DNA of 62,017 nucleotides from an uncultured bacterium (GCA_903936565.1 CAIZVZ010000004.1:1-62017); one strand, 5' to 3'. Positions 9,504 through 20,210 are shown, counted from the stretch's first letter. Made by a program: numbers and translations. The notes: generated from the sequence alone by a model not told the origin.

Positions 9504-10317
9504 ATTTTTTCAGACCTTTTTTCCAAACCATGTGCAAAATACCAGATAAAATAATTATCCAAATTACCTGAACACCGAGACCAATTAAGCCATCATGTAC
9601 ACTAATCTTTTTAAGGTAAAGTTGCGCGGGAAAATAGAATGAATATGCAAATGGTAAATATATACTCGCGGTCGCCAGGGTCATTGGTAAAAGGCTTAGT
9701 GGGAAATAGCCTCCCGAGAAAAATCTTTTAATTCTATCGATAGTCACCTGCAATGCTTCAGTTTCATCTGTCCAGAATGCAATTGTTCCGATCAAAAAAC
9801 CGATAAGCAATTCAATCACGAAGGCAAGGAAAATCATTGTAATAATCAATAATAAATAAATCACGTTACCATTAAAAATAAACTTATCCAAGAAAAATAA
9901 TATTACGACAGTCTGAGTTAATAAGGACAAAGCCGTGGACATAAAAGTTCGGCCAAATTCATTAAAGAATATATACTTTATATAAGGTATAGGTCTAACC
10001 AGAAACATAGATAGCCGTCCCTCAACAATATCTCGGGATACGTAAGCGGGCAGAAAGTTTCTGACGGCAAGAGAGCATAGGTTACCGATAAGGACGTATG
10101 TAATCATTTCATTCAATGTAAAACCCTTTATCACACCCGCACCACCAGAATATATTGCTGTCCACATCAGTATTAAGACCAAAAGCTCCACTATTTCTCC
10201 AGCTCGATACATAATTAAAGTAAAACGATAATTAAGGTTTCTTAGCCATGCGGTTTTTATAATAACGATACCCTGCTTGATATGTTTTAGCATAATATAG
10301 AACCATACTACCACCAA
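9484..10317 (-). CDS. ABC-2 family transporter permease
   Basis: Multi-pass hydrophobic protein immediately upstream of the ATPase on the same strand. No catalytic motifs. An alternative start is MLKHIKQG at 10293. Confidence 0.6.
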   Translation of the reverse strand: MVVVWFYIMLKHIKQGIVIIKTAWLRNLNYRFTLIMYRAGEIVELLVLILMWTAIYSGGAGVIKGFTLNEMITYVLIGNLCSLAVRNFLPAYVSRDIVEGRLSMFLVRPIPYIKYIFFNEFGRTFMSTALSLLTQTVVILFFLDKFIFNGNVIYLLLIITMIFLAFVIELLIGFLIGTIAFWTDETEALQVTIDRIKRFFSGGYFPLSLLPMTLATASIYLPFAYSFYFPAQLYLKKISVHDGLIGLGVQVIWIIILSGILHMVWKKGLKKYEASGS

Positions 10318-10356
10318 CGTTCGAGGCTGTCATTATCACCTTTATTGCTTTAATAA

Positions 10357-11106
10357 TTAAATTAATTCCATTAATTTGCGACAAAAAGTCCTCCTGTGCT
10401 CAATTGATAATCCATATTTCTTAATAGCCTCGATATGTTTCTTTGTTCCATAACCTTTGTGTATTTCAAAGCCATATGGAGCCAACTCCTTATTTTTACT
10501 AGCCAACTTACTCATGTGCGAATCCCTGTGCACCTTCGCCAAAATTGAAGCACATGAAATTACAGCAAATTTTGCGTCACCCTTAGTGTGAGTTTCTTGA
10601 TTCTTAAATTGTGGCGGAGCTTTCAATCCCCCGTCCAACAGTACATGAATTTGGTCTTCTAAAATTTTCTCACCTGATACGTGTAAGGATTTTATAAATT
10701 CTTTTAAAAGACTTTCTATTAATTTATGAATGCAAACACTAATTCCAAACTTATCTATATCTTTTGCACTTCTACTTTTTATAAAAAATTTATATTTATC
10801 CTTCCTGAGCACAAAGGCAATTTCTTCCCTCTTTTTTTCTGCTAATTGTTTAGAATCATTCAATTTTAAATTTGGATATTTTTTAGAAAAACTTTTTCTA
10901 AATTCTGAGTCGTACATCTGAACACCAAATGCACAAACGGTAACAGGGCCAGCGAGAGGTCCTCGCCCAACCTCGTCAATTCCAATAAGCCACAGTGGTG
11001 ATGTGGAAAACTTTCCTCTGTTATGTCCACTAGCCATAACAGCACCCTTTTCTAACACTTTTTTCAACACTTTTTTGGACTTTCTGATACTTTGGTTTTT
11101 CTTCAT
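10357..11106 (-). CDS. rnhB: Ribonuclease HII
   Basis: IGIDEVGRGPLAGPVTVCA catalytic block, ASILAKVHRD and GYGTKKH. The start is uncertain; M24 (MASGHNRG) at 11037 is an alternative. Confidence 0.85.
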   Translation of the reverse strand: MKKNQSIRKSKKVLKKVLEKGAVMASGHNRGKFSTSPLWLIGIDEVGRGPLAGPVTVCAFGVQMYDSEFRKSFSKKYPNLKLNDSKQLAEKKREEIAFVLRKDKYKFFIKSRSAKDIDKFGISVCIHKLIESLLKEFIKSLHVSGEKILEDQIHVLLDGGLKAPPQFKNQETHTKGDAKFAVISCASILAKVHRDSHMSKLASKNKELAPYGFEIHKGYGTKKHIEAIKKYGLSIEHRRTFCRKLMELI

Positions 11107-11213
11107 AAAAGCTTATACTACATATGTTACCCTATCCATTTAAAAACAAAAGCGCCCTACCAAAAAGGCGAAGGTTTAAACCTTTGTCCCGACCGACGCA
11201 AAAAAACAAAAAC

Positions 11214-14200
11214 ATGGCTGACGCAAAAATCGAAATAACAACAGAGGTAGACACAACACCAAAGCACCCATTCATTCATCTTCATAATCACTCCCACTTC
11301 AGTCTTCTTCAGGCAGTACCTAAAGTAAAAGATCTAATCAAAGCGGCTGTTGCAAATAACATGCCTGCTGTTGCGCTCACGGATGCTGGAAACATGTACG
11401 GCGTTATTGAGTTTTTCAAAAAATGTAAAGACGCCAACATCAAGCCAATTATTGGTGTGGACTTCTTCGTTGCAGCAAGGACAAGACATGACAAAGAACC
11501 AAGAATCGACAACCGTAGAAGTCGCCTAGTACTTCTTGCAAAAGATCAAGAGGGTTACAAGAGCCTAATTAGACTAGTTACCGCCGCCAACTTCGAGGGT
11601 TTCTACTACAAACCCCGCATCGACCGCGAGCTAATTGAGAAACACAAAGAAGGACTCCTTTGTATAATGCCATCCTTCAGCGGTGAACTCCCCCAAGCAC
11701 TCGTTGGACACAACAGTGAACACGCAAAAGAAACCGCGGATTTTTATAAGAAAAACTTTGGTGAGGATTTCTATGTTGAAATAACTCATCACGAAGAAAT
11801 CGAAGGTCACGAAGAGAAGATGCGCCAACTTATTGAATTCGCAAGAGCTGAAAATATTCCTCTTGTTGCAGCACATGATACTTATTATATAAAAAAAGAA
11901 GACAGCAAGACTCGTGATATCTTGATGAAAATTGCCGATCAGTTTGGCGAAAGAAACAGAGATGATGATGCAGACTTCTCTTTCATTAATCAGGAAGAAG
12001 CGGATGTACTTTTCAAAAATGAACCGGACGCAATAGAGAATTGTAAAGTTATAATGGATAAATGTAATCTAGAAATTACTCTGGGAAAATGGCTTTTCCC
12101 TGAGTATGTTGTGGAATCTGGAAGAACAGCAGATGATGAGCTTAGATTCCTAACGTACGCAGGAGTTGAGAGAAGAAAACTAGAAATGACCGATGAGGCA
12201 AAAGAGAGAATTGAATTTGAACTATCCGTCATTAAGACAAAAGGATATTCTGCATACTTCTTGGTGGTGGCAGACCTCCTTCGATATGCTCATAACAATG
12301 GAATTCTAACAAACATTAGAGGTTCAGTTGCGGGTTCTATTACAACGTATTTAACAGGAATTACAAACGTGAATCCACTTGAATACAAATTGCCGTTTGA
12401 AAGATTCCTAAACCCAGAGCGTCCTTCTGCGCCAGATATCGATATGGACTTTGCCGATAACCGTAGGGATCAGATGATTGGATACACGCGTGAGAAATAC
12501 GGCGCTGATAAAGTTGCACAGATTGGAACTTTTGGAACTATGATGGCCAGAGGTGCGGTTAAAGACGTCGCTCGTGCACTTGGATACCCATACACACTGG
12601 GAGACAAGATTTCCAAATTAATTCCAATGGGACAGCAGGGATTTGCCATGACAATTGAGCGCGCCATGCTTGAGACTCCAGAGCTTGCAGAATTATACAA
12701 GAATGATTCTGAAGTTAGAACAATCATTGACATGGCCCAAAAGATAGAAGGAAACGCTCGTCACATTTCTGTTCACGCCGCCGGAGTTGTGGTTTCCCCT
12801 ATTACTCTGACTGACGTTGTTCCACTACAGCTTGACCCAAAAGGAGGTGATAGAATTATTACACAATACGACATGCGTTCTGTTGATGAAAACAACGCAG
12901 GTCTTATGAAGTTCGACTTCCTTGGAATCAAAAACCTCTCACAGTTGGCAGACGCTATTATCTTGGCGGAAAAAATCGAAGGGATAAAAGTTGATCTTGA
13001 TAATATTCCACTTAATGATCAAAAGGCATTCGACATGCTTGCGCGCGGGGAAACAAACGGACTATTCCAATTAAACGGATCTGGAATGACGAGATTTTTG
13101 AAGGAACTGAAGCCGACGTCAATTCACGACATCAACGCCATGGTTGCCTTATATCGTCCGGGACCGATGGAAACAATTCCTGAATATATTAGAAGAAAAA
13201 ATGATCCTCGTCTTACAAAATACGAAGACCCTAGAATGGAGAAATATTTGAAGGAATCATTCGGACTGATTGTGTATCAAGATGACCTCCTATTCTCTGC
13301 AATTGAGCTCGCCGGATATTCTTGGCTTGAAGCGGATAAATTTAGAAAAGCCGTTGGAAAGAAAAACAGAGAGGAAATGGCCAATCAGAGAATTAAATTA
13401 ACTGAAGGTATTATCAAGCGTGGTCAGACAAAAGCATTTGCTGATAAATTATGGAAGCTCTTTGAACCTTTCCAGGCTTATGGATTCAACAAAGCTCACG
13501 CCGCGAGTTATGGACGCCTCGCCTATCAGACCGCTTATATGAAGGCGAACTTCCCCGCAATTTACATGGCCGCAATTCTAACAGGTGCGCACGGGGACGT
13601 TGATGAAATCGCATCATTCGTCGCTGAGTGTAAAAGAATGAATATTCCAACTCTTCCACCAGACGTGAATGAGAGCTTTGGAAACTTCACTGTTATTAAA
13701 GGAAGTGGAATGGATGCGAACGGCGAACAAGTTCCAGATTCAATCCGATTTGGTCTGTATAGTATTAAAAACTTTGGTGAAGGAATTGCTAACGTCATTA
13801 TTGAAGAGAGAAAGAAGGGTGGAAAATTTAAAACTCTTGAAGATTTTCTAAATAGAATTAAGGATAAAAATTTAAATAAAAAGTCCATGGAGGCACTTGT
13901 TAAGTCCGGTGCGATGGATGTCTTTGGTGATCGTGGAGTAATGATTGCAAACATGCAAGATCTATTGGAATATAATAAAGAACAACAAAACCGATCTGAA
14001 AATCAAGAGTCACTATTCTCCATGTTTGAAGCGGAGGTTAAAGAAACTCAAGGAAATAAAATTGGCGGTTACGGACCACATCTTAAACTTCAGGAATTAG
14101 GCCACGCAACACAAACTGAAAAGCTGGCATGGGAAAAGGAACTTCTAGGATTATATCTTTCTGGCCACCCACTTGATAAATACAAAGCAATTTTGGAGAA

Positions 14201-14708
14201 GCGTGAAGTAAATATTGCAAAGGTATTAGAGATTATTGCAGAGGAAGAAGAAAAAGAGCGACTAAAGAAAGAAGCCCTGAGCGCACAAGAGCAATTGGAT
14301 GCAATGATGAGCGATGCATTCAAGGCCGAGAAAGCAGAAAAAGAAAGATTAGCAGAAGAAAAAGCAAAGAAATCCCAAAGTGCAAATAAAGGAAGTGGTT
14401 GGAGTGGCAACAAACAACCATACGATAAAAATAAAAAGAAGTTTGACGATGAAGGCACTCCAGTCATCATCGCCGGAATAATTGAAGAAGCAAAAGAGAT
14501 TGCCACAAAGAAAGATCCGACAATTAAGATGATGTTCCTTAGACTCGCAGATTTCTCTGGAACAATTGAAGCGGTGGTATTCCCAAAGACATATGAGTTA
14601 CTCAAGAACAGCCTGAAACAAGAAAAATGCGTAATCGTAAAAGGAAAAACTTCCAACAGAAATGGAACGCCTTCTATTATTATAGATACGGTGAAGGAGT
14701 TGAATTAG
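11214..14708 (+). CDS. dnaE: DNA polymerase III alpha subunit
   Basis: PHP domain FIHLHNHSHFSLLQA, palm and finger blocks (PDIDMDF, KFDFLG, ALYRPGP, GFNKAHAASY) and a C-terminal OB region. The track ORF opens at 11124, but the ATG at 11214 (MADAKIE) fits the divergent intergenic region better. Confidence 0.9.
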   Translation: MADAKIEITTEVDTTPKHPFIHLHNHSHFSLLQAVPKVKDLIKAAVANNMPAVALTDAGNMYGVIEFFKKCKDANIKPIIGVDFFVAARTRHDKEPRIDNRRSRLVLLAKDQEGYKSLIRLVTAANFEGFYYKPRIDRELIEKHKEGLLCIMPSFSGELPQALVGHNSEHAKETADFYKKNFGEDFYVEITHHEEIEGHEEKMRQLIEFARAENIPLVAAHDTYYIKKEDSKTRDILMKIADQFGERNRDDDADFSFINQEEADVLFKNEPDAIENCKVIMDKCNLEITLGKWLFPEYVVESGRTADDELRFLTYAGVERRKLEMTDEAKERIEFELSVIKTKGYSAYFLVVADLLRYAHNNGILTNIRGSVAGSITTYLTGITNVNPLEYKLPFERFLNPERPSAPDIDMDFADNRRDQMIGYTREKYGADKVAQIGTFGTMMARGAVKDVARALGYPYTLGDKISKLIPMGQQGFAMTIERAMLETPELAELYKNDSEVRTIIDMAQKIEGNARHISVHAAGVVVSPITLTDVVPLQLDPKGGDRIITQYDMRSVDENNAGLMKFDFLGIKNLSQLADAIILAEKIEGIKVDLDNIPLNDQKAFDMLARGETNGLFQLNGSGMTRFLKELKPTSIHDINAMVALYRPGPMETIPEYIRRKNDPRLTKYEDPRMEKYLKESFGLIVYQDDLLFSAIELAGYSWLEADKFRKAVGKKNREEMANQRIKLTEGIIKRGQTKAFADKLWKLFEPFQAYGFNKAHAASYGRLAYQTAYMKANFPAIYMAAILTGAHGDVDEIASFVAECKRMNIPTLPPDVNESFGNFTVIKGSGMDANGEQVPDSIRFGLYSIKNFGEGIANVIIEERKKGGKFKTLEDFLNRIKDKNLNKKSMEALVKSGAMDVFGDRGVMIANMQDLLEYNKEQQNRSENQESLFSMFEAEVKETQGNKIGGYGPHLKLQELGHATQTEKLAWEKELLGLYLSGHPLDKYKAILEKREVNIAKVLEIIAEEEEKERLKKEALSAQEQLDAMMSDAFKAEKAEKERLAEEKAKKSQSANKGSGWSGNKQPYDKNKKKFDDEGTPVIIAGIIEEAKEIATKKDPTIKMMFLRLADFSGTIEAVVFPKTYELLKNSLKQEKCVIVKGKTSNRNGTPSIIIDTVKELN

Positions 14709-14711
14709 ACT

Positions 14712-15812
14712 TTATCTTACCTCAACAAATTTACCGTCCTTTACTTGGTTAAAATAAAAAGCTCTCTCTGTTTGTCCACCAGCCTTATAAAGTACATTCC
14801 CAAGAACGCCTGAAAAATCACTCTTTCCGTAGAAATAATTTTCTATACACCTAGCATCCCCATTACATTTCTTGTTTGACTCATCGAGGAGGCTTATTCC
14901 ATCGTATATGAAATATGACGTTACAAATGGATCTTTGCCGAATGCATTTTTATATTCTGTTGCAAATTTAGCTTGGACATCAGTTTTTGAATCTGATATT
15001 ACCCATGGAACATAAACTCCTTCTGCTGACTTACCTGCGTTATCAATAAGTGACTGATCTCTACCTGAATAAACAATAATCCTAGGACCCCTATATCCAA
15101 CCTGATCTAATCTCTTCAAAACAGCCGCCATTGATGGATTATTGTTATGAATGTAAATACCATCAGGTTTACTTTGCATAATCTTTAGGACAGCTGATTC
15201 AACGTTCAAGTCATTGATTTCTATTTTTTCTACTACGGTTGATCCACCAAGATTAGCAAAATCCTTAGGAATAGAATCACCTAAGACTTTACCAAAAGTA
15301 TTATTTCCAAGAATGAGTCCTAGTTTTTTTAGACCCAGCTGTTTTGATGCAAAGTTTGAAACAGTAGAAGCCTCCGACTCAAGTCTGTATGATAAATTTA
15401 TTATTGGAAATTCAGACTCGTACAAGTCTGGACCAGAAAGTCCTGCTACAAACGCAAGATCACTATTTTTATCGAGAATGGGGGTCATGGCCTTAAGATC
15501 ATTATCACATGCGACAATAAACAAATGCATTGACGGATTTAATGCTTTAAGTGATTGAGTTCCACTTACTGCATCTTTAGTGTTACATTTTGTATCTTGA
15601 TATATAAAATCAAAATCATTTGCAATTCCTTTTTTTTGCGCAAGTTCTATCCCATTCTTTGCTGTCTCTCCCCACCAAGCAAAGTCTCCAGACAATGGCA
15701 GCAAAACTCCCACCTTTATTTTGGAACCCCCTTCTTTTTTACCTTCTCCCATATAGACACTTGCAATAATAACAACCACAACTAAAACTGCTATCCAAAT
15801 GTATTTTTTCAT
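14712..15812 (-). CDS. Type-1 periplasmic binding protein, LivJ-like (second paralogue)
   Basis: N-terminal anchor KKYIWIAVLVVVVIIASV, then IKVGVLLPLSGDFAWWGETAKNGIELAQKK. The architecture is the same as 2949..4007. Confidence 0.6.
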   Translation of the reverse strand: MKKYIWIAVLVVVVIIASVYMGEGKKEGGSKIKVGVLLPLSGDFAWWGETAKNGIELAQKKGIANDFDFIYQDTKCNTKDAVSGTQSLKALNPSMHLFIVACDNDLKAMTPILDKNSDLAFVAGLSGPDLYESEFPIINLSYRLESEASTVSNFASKQLGLKKLGLILGNNTFGKVLGDSIPKDFANLGGSTVVEKIEINDLNVESAVLKIMQSKPDGIYIHNNNPSMAAVLKRLDQVGYRGPRIIVYSGRDQSLIDNAGKSAEGVYVPWVISDSKTDVQAKFATEYKNAFGKDPFVTSYFIYDGISLLDESNKKCNGDARCIENYFYGKSDFSGVLGNVLYKAGGQTERAFYFNQVKDGKFVEVR

Positions 15813-15861
15813 AAGGATATTAAATCATATTCATTAAAATAGGCAACTTACATTTATATAG

Positions 15862-17319
15862 TTACTTCTCCAAATTCAACGTCTCATCCACCCTTATTTG
15901 CTTCACAAATTCTGGAACGTGAGAAACAAGAATCATCGCTCCCTCATACTTATCCAACGCCTCCGCAATCACAGGAAGGTGTCTGAAGTTAATGTGATTT
16001 GTTGGCTCGTCCAATATTAAAAGTCCCGGCTCTTGAATTACAAGTCTTGCAAAAGCAACCAACCCTTTCTGTCCCTCAGATAACGCTTCAATCTTTGTCT
16101 TCATTATTTCACTCGTTATTAAAAATCCAGCAGCAATAGAGCGAAGTGTCTCTTCATGCTTTTTCTCCATCACCCCCATTAAAGATTCATAAACCGTATC
16201 CTCAAAATTCAAAGTAGAGAAATCTTGTCTGTAATATCCAACTCTAATCCCCGGAGCGATCACTGCATCTGGGTTTTTTGTTGAGGCAAGTGATTCAAGT
16301 AGCGTGCTCTTCCCTATTCCATTTGGACCAACTAAGAGTAAGTGAGTTTTTCTCTTCAATGAAATATTAGCTTTTCTCTCAACCGCTTTGTGAGTTTTTG
16401 AATTAAAAGTTTTAAAGGCATTAATATGTAAAATCTCTCCAACGATATTTGGTTGCGATGGAATTATAAAAGGTCTGATAGTTTTATCCTCTCTTCTAAT
16501 ATCAACCTTCTCTTCCTCAAGCTCTTCTGCTCTATCGCGCATACGCTTTGCAACAAGACGCATTTGACCTCCTTTATTTGCAAAGAAGTTTGCCTTATCC
16601 TTATTCTCCTGAATCTCCTTAGCAAGCATCGCATTCTTTCTATTTTCCTTTTCAATTCTCGCCTTAATTTCTTTCAGCAAGCTGAAATAGTCGCCAACAT
16701 ATTGTTCAACTTTTCTTGTAAAAATATCTAGGTACAAAACACCATCGGTAAATGAGTTTAAAAAATCAGCATCGTGAGAAATTACAATGACCGTCTTTTT
16801 ATAATTAACAATGAAATCTGTAAGATGTGCAATTCCCTCTTTATCTAAATTGTTTGTCGGCTCATCCAATAGCAAAATATCTGGATCTTGAATTAAAGCG
16901 GAGGCAAGCAAGAGTCTGGCTTGCTGTCCACCAGAAAATGACCCAACGATTCTATCATGTGGAGCATGAAGATTAACGACATCAAGTATTGCATCAATCT
17001 TAGGATCTATATCGTAGACCTTTTTGTCAAAACATTTTTCGAAAAATTGAAGCACTGTTAATTTCAAATCTGGCTTTGGAATAACCTGCTTGGCGATGGC
17101 GATTGTCAGCCCGTGACCGATATGAACATCACCTGACTCTGTAGTAAATTCCCCCGTAATTAGCTTAAAGATTGTACTTTTACCTGCGCCGTTTTGACCC
17201 ATGAAGGTAATCTTAGATCCACGAGCAACAGAAAAACAAGCCTCTTCAAGGATAGGCTTGTTGTATCCGTAATCGAAAGATACATTATCAAATCTAATTA
17301 TAGTTTCATTTTGAGCCAT
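15862..17319 (-). CDS. ABC-F family ATPase (two fused ABC domains, no membrane domain)
   Basis: Two Walker A sites (GQNGAGKST, GPNGIGKST), two signatures (FSGGQQARL, LSEGQKGLV) and two Walker B sites (LLLDEPTNNLD, LILDEPTNHIN), separated by a charged linker. Confidence 0.85.
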   Translation of the reverse strand: MAQNETIIRFDNVSFDYGYNKPILEEACFSVARGSKITFMGQNGAGKSTIFKLITGEFTTESGDVHIGHGLTIAIAKQVIPKPDLKLTVLQFFEKCFDKKVYDIDPKIDAILDVVNLHAPHDRIVGSFSGGQQARLLLASALIQDPDILLLDEPTNNLDKEGIAHLTDFIVNYKKTVIVISHDADFLNSFTDGVLYLDIFTRKVEQYVGDYFSLLKEIKARIEKENRKNAMLAKEIQENKDKANFFANKGGQMRLVAKRMRDRAEELEEEKVDIRREDKTIRPFIIPSQPNIVGEILHINAFKTFNSKTHKAVERKANISLKRKTHLLLVGPNGIGKSTLLESLASTKNPDAVIAPGIRVGYYRQDFSTLNFEDTVYESLMGVMEKKHEETLRSIAAGFLITSEIMKTKIEALSEGQKGLVAFARLVIQEPGLLILDEPTNHINFRHLPVIAEALDKYEGAMILVSHVPEFVKQIRVDETLNLEK

Positions 17320-17502
17320 ATAATACTTGCCGGAGCCAATTTGTTGCAGTGCTTAGGGTGTACCCGTAGCGACAGTTCTATAGCATACCCTATAAATGGG
17401 GATTTACAAAGCTTTATTTTTGTGGAGGTATATTTAGTCCAAGGGGGCATTCTTTCTTAACTACCTTCCAATTCCCCTAAAATACTGCTATTCTGTATCA
17501 AT

Positions 17503-19302
17503 ATGAAAGATATAAATGATGTTCAAAATGGCGCAGTAAATAGCGCGGACAATGATTCAATTGAGGCAGTTAGACACTCCCTCTCTCACCTTCTAGCGGC
17601 AGCAACGCTAGAGTTATATCCAACTACCAAAGTTACCCTTGGTCCAGCAATTGAAAATGGTTTCTACTATGACATGGATTTTGAGACACCACTCAAAGAT
17701 GAGGACCTACAGCCAATAGAAGACAAGATGCGTGCCATTCTTCCAACATGGAAAGGAGAATTTACACACAAAGATGTTACCCCAGAAGAAGCACGAGAGT
17801 TTTTCAAAGGAAATCCTTTCAAATTAGAACTCATCGAAGAGATTGCAAATAAAGGCGAGCAAATCACTCTCTACACTTCGGGTAAATTCACCGACCTATG
17901 CCGAGGAGGTCACGCAAAGGATCTTTCAACCATTGATCCTCTATCGTTCAAATTAAATAAAGTAGCTGGCGCATACTGGAGAGGAGATGAAAAAAATAAA
18001 ATGCTTACTCGTGTTTACGGATTCGCATTTTCATCAAAAGATGAACTTGATAATTTCCTACATTTACAGGAAGAAGCGAAGAAACGTGACCACAGAAAGC
18101 TTGGAAAAGAACTGAAATTATTCACCCTATCTGACCTTGTTGGATCCGGCCTTCCCCTATTCCAGCCAAAAGGAATGACAATTAGAAAGATGCTTGAAGA
18201 ATATCTGTGGGAGCTTCACAAGAATGAGGGGTATGATAGAGTTTGGACTCCCCACCTTGCAAAGGCAGAATTATATGAAGTATCAGGACACGGAGCACAC
18301 TACCTTGCGGACATGTTTGCTGTGCATGGTGGTACAAGTAAGGAGGATTTTTATGTTAAGCCGATGAATTGTCCTCATCACATGCAGTTATTTGCCGACA
18401 ATCAATTCTCATATCGCGACATGCCAATTAGATACTTTGAGCCCGCAACAGTTTACCGTGATGAAAAGACAGGACAATTGGGTGGACTAACACGTGTTCG
18501 CTCTATTACACAAGACGACGGCCACCTATTCTGTAGAGCAAGCCAAATTCAACAAGAAGTTAAAACAATCGTTGGAATAATCAAAAAGTTTTATACAACA
18601 ATGGGCATGATTGATGGGTACAAGGTTCGTTTATCCTTGCGAGGTGAGACTGACAGAGAAAATTATCTTGGTGGAGATGAAATTTGGGATACTGCAGAAG
18701 GAGCACTTAGAAAAGTTTGTGAGGAGGAATCACTTCCATTCTTTGAAGGGTTGGGGGAAGCTGCTTTCTACGGACCAAAATTAGACTTTATGTTTAGAGA
18801 CGCAATTGGCCGCGAATGGCAACTAGCCACAATTCAATGCGACTTCAATATGCCAAAGAGATTCGAGCTAAGCTTCATTAATGAGAAGGGTGAAAAAGAA
18901 ATACCAGTTGTAATTCACAGAGCAATCGCTGGATCTCTTGAACGCTTCATGGGAGTTATGATTGAACACTTTGCTGGAGCATTTCCTGTGTGGCTATCCC
19001 CTGTTCAAGTTAAGATTGTTCCAATTGGTGAGAGACAATTTGATTATGCAAGAGAGGTTTATACAGCGCTCAAAAAGGCAGACATCCGTGTTGAACTTGA
19101 TGAATCAAATGAAAGCCTTGGAAAGAAAATAAGAAACGCAAAGACAGAGAAAATTCCATATACGCTTGTTATTGGTGATAAAGAAATCGAAGCCAAAGCC
19201 GTGACTGTTGAAGGAAGAAACGATGCTAAACTTGGACAAATGAGCGTAGAAGAATTTACAGAAAAGATGAAGCAAGAAATTTCAGACCGAACAATGAACT
19301 AA
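17503..19302 (+). CDS. thrS: Threonyl-tRNA synthetase (no N-terminal TGS domain)
   Basis: RDHRKLGKELKLF, class II core blocks (NCPHHMQLF, YRDE..G.L.GLTRVR, QDDGHLF) and a C-terminal anticodon-binding domain. At 599 aa it starts directly in the editing-type domain. Confidence 0.9.
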   Translation: MKDINDVQNGAVNSADNDSIEAVRHSLSHLLAAATLELYPTTKVTLGPAIENGFYYDMDFETPLKDEDLQPIEDKMRAILPTWKGEFTHKDVTPEEAREFFKGNPFKLELIEEIANKGEQITLYTSGKFTDLCRGGHAKDLSTIDPLSFKLNKVAGAYWRGDEKNKMLTRVYGFAFSSKDELDNFLHLQEEAKKRDHRKLGKELKLFTLSDLVGSGLPLFQPKGMTIRKMLEEYLWELHKNEGYDRVWTPHLAKAELYEVSGHGAHYLADMFAVHGGTSKEDFYVKPMNCPHHMQLFADNQFSYRDMPIRYFEPATVYRDEKTGQLGGLTRVRSITQDDGHLFCRASQIQQEVKTIVGIIKKFYTTMGMIDGYKVRLSLRGETDRENYLGGDEIWDTAEGALRKVCEEESLPFFEGLGEAAFYGPKLDFMFRDAIGREWQLATIQCDFNMPKRFELSFINEKGEKEIPVVIHRAIAGSLERFMGVMIEHFAGAFPVWLSPVQVKIVPIGERQFDYAREVYTALKKADIRVELDESNESLGKKIRNAKTEKIPYTLVIGDKEIEAKAVTVEGRNDAKLGQMSVEEFTEKMKQEISDRTMN

Positions 19303-19452
19303 AGGCGGATACAGTCACTAATGTAGAGAAAAAGATATTATTTAAAAACACAAAACCCCGACACACAGTGCATCAGGGTGGAAGATTTTCTCGCTCACGG
19401 CGACAGATTTTTCTTACCTTAACTTTTTTTGAGTGTCGCCTCCCAGCTGGCG

Positions 19453-19974
19453 TTAAGTCGCAGTCGTGACTGGCGGCACAGCAAAGGCGAAACCATCAGT
19501 CAGAGGACGTAACCAACTTTTCGGATTTGCGTCGAAGATAGCCAACCGAGGTGGACCATCATGATGACGGCCAGCAGCGAGCAACCTAGGCGGAAGGCCG
19601 ACCAACTTACTCATGCCGATGATCCATTTCACCCCCATCTGCAACAAGTCCGCTTCCGCAAGTCTCATGAGGATGAGACAAATACACTCAGCGCTAAGTG
19701 ACTTCAAATTGTTCGTCCCAGCCCAGGCCCAGATTTCTTCGATCGGAATCTCCTGACGAGGATCATCGAGAAACAGAGCTTCTGGTATGACAACTTCAGT
19801 GATAACACCGTTCGTTTCGACGAAGAAATCCGAAGTAAGAAACTCCCTTGAGGCACGGGTTGTAGAAATACCCTTATTTCGGAGGCGTTTAATCCAAACA
19901 TGCCCCTTCGTACCATCACTGGTTACCTGGAATCTGTAGTAGGTGATTCCGGCCCTTTCAATCTTATCTATCAT
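19453..19974 (-). CDS. Hypothetical protein in a GC-rich island
   Basis: 173-aa ORF with no motif I recognise. An uninterrupted ORF of this length in ~50% G+C sequence is unlikely by chance. The composition differs clearly from the neighbours. Confidence 0.5.
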   Translation of the reverse strand: MIDKIERAGITYYRFQVTSDGTKGHVWIKRLRNKGISTTRASREFLTSDFFVETNGVITEVVIPEALFLDDPRQEIPIEEIWAWAGTNNLKSLSAECICLILMRLAEADLLQMGVKWIIGMSKLVGLPPRLLAAGRHHDGPPRLAIFDANPKSWLRPLTDGFAFAVPPVTTAT

Positions 19975-20171
19975 TATCGTAATTTCTGGTTTCAGTTAAT
20001 AAGCCACTTCCCTCCCTTGGAGTAAAGTACCAGACCATAGGTGATGGTCATAGTCAGAAAACACCTATCTTTAAGTATCTTTTGACTATTACCAACTTGC
20101 CTATTACAATTTATTTAAGGAACTTTATTAACCGCACTATACTACACGATAAGACCACACGTCAATAGACG

Positions 20172-20210
20172 CAAAAACACCCCGCGACCTGCGAGGTGTT
20201 TTTGTTTTTG
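20172..20210. terminator. Bidirectional intrinsic terminator
   Basis: Hairpin CACCCCGC-gacct-GCGAGGTG (20178-20198, one mismatch), flanked by AAAAA on the left and TTTTTGTTTTTG on the right. It lies directly downstream of the minus-strand gene ending at 20242. Confidence 0.6.

Noticed and set aside
14090-14656. 188-aa ORF on the - strand inside dnaE
   Set aside because: It is antisense to the charged insertion of dnaE and gives a Ser/Phe/Ala-rich low-complexity translation with no independent signals.
17320-17502. T-box or other leader upstream of thrS
   Set aside because: The 183-nt divergent intergenic region lacks the conserved T-box sequence and any obvious terminator/antiterminator pair. 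It is more likely just divergent promoters.
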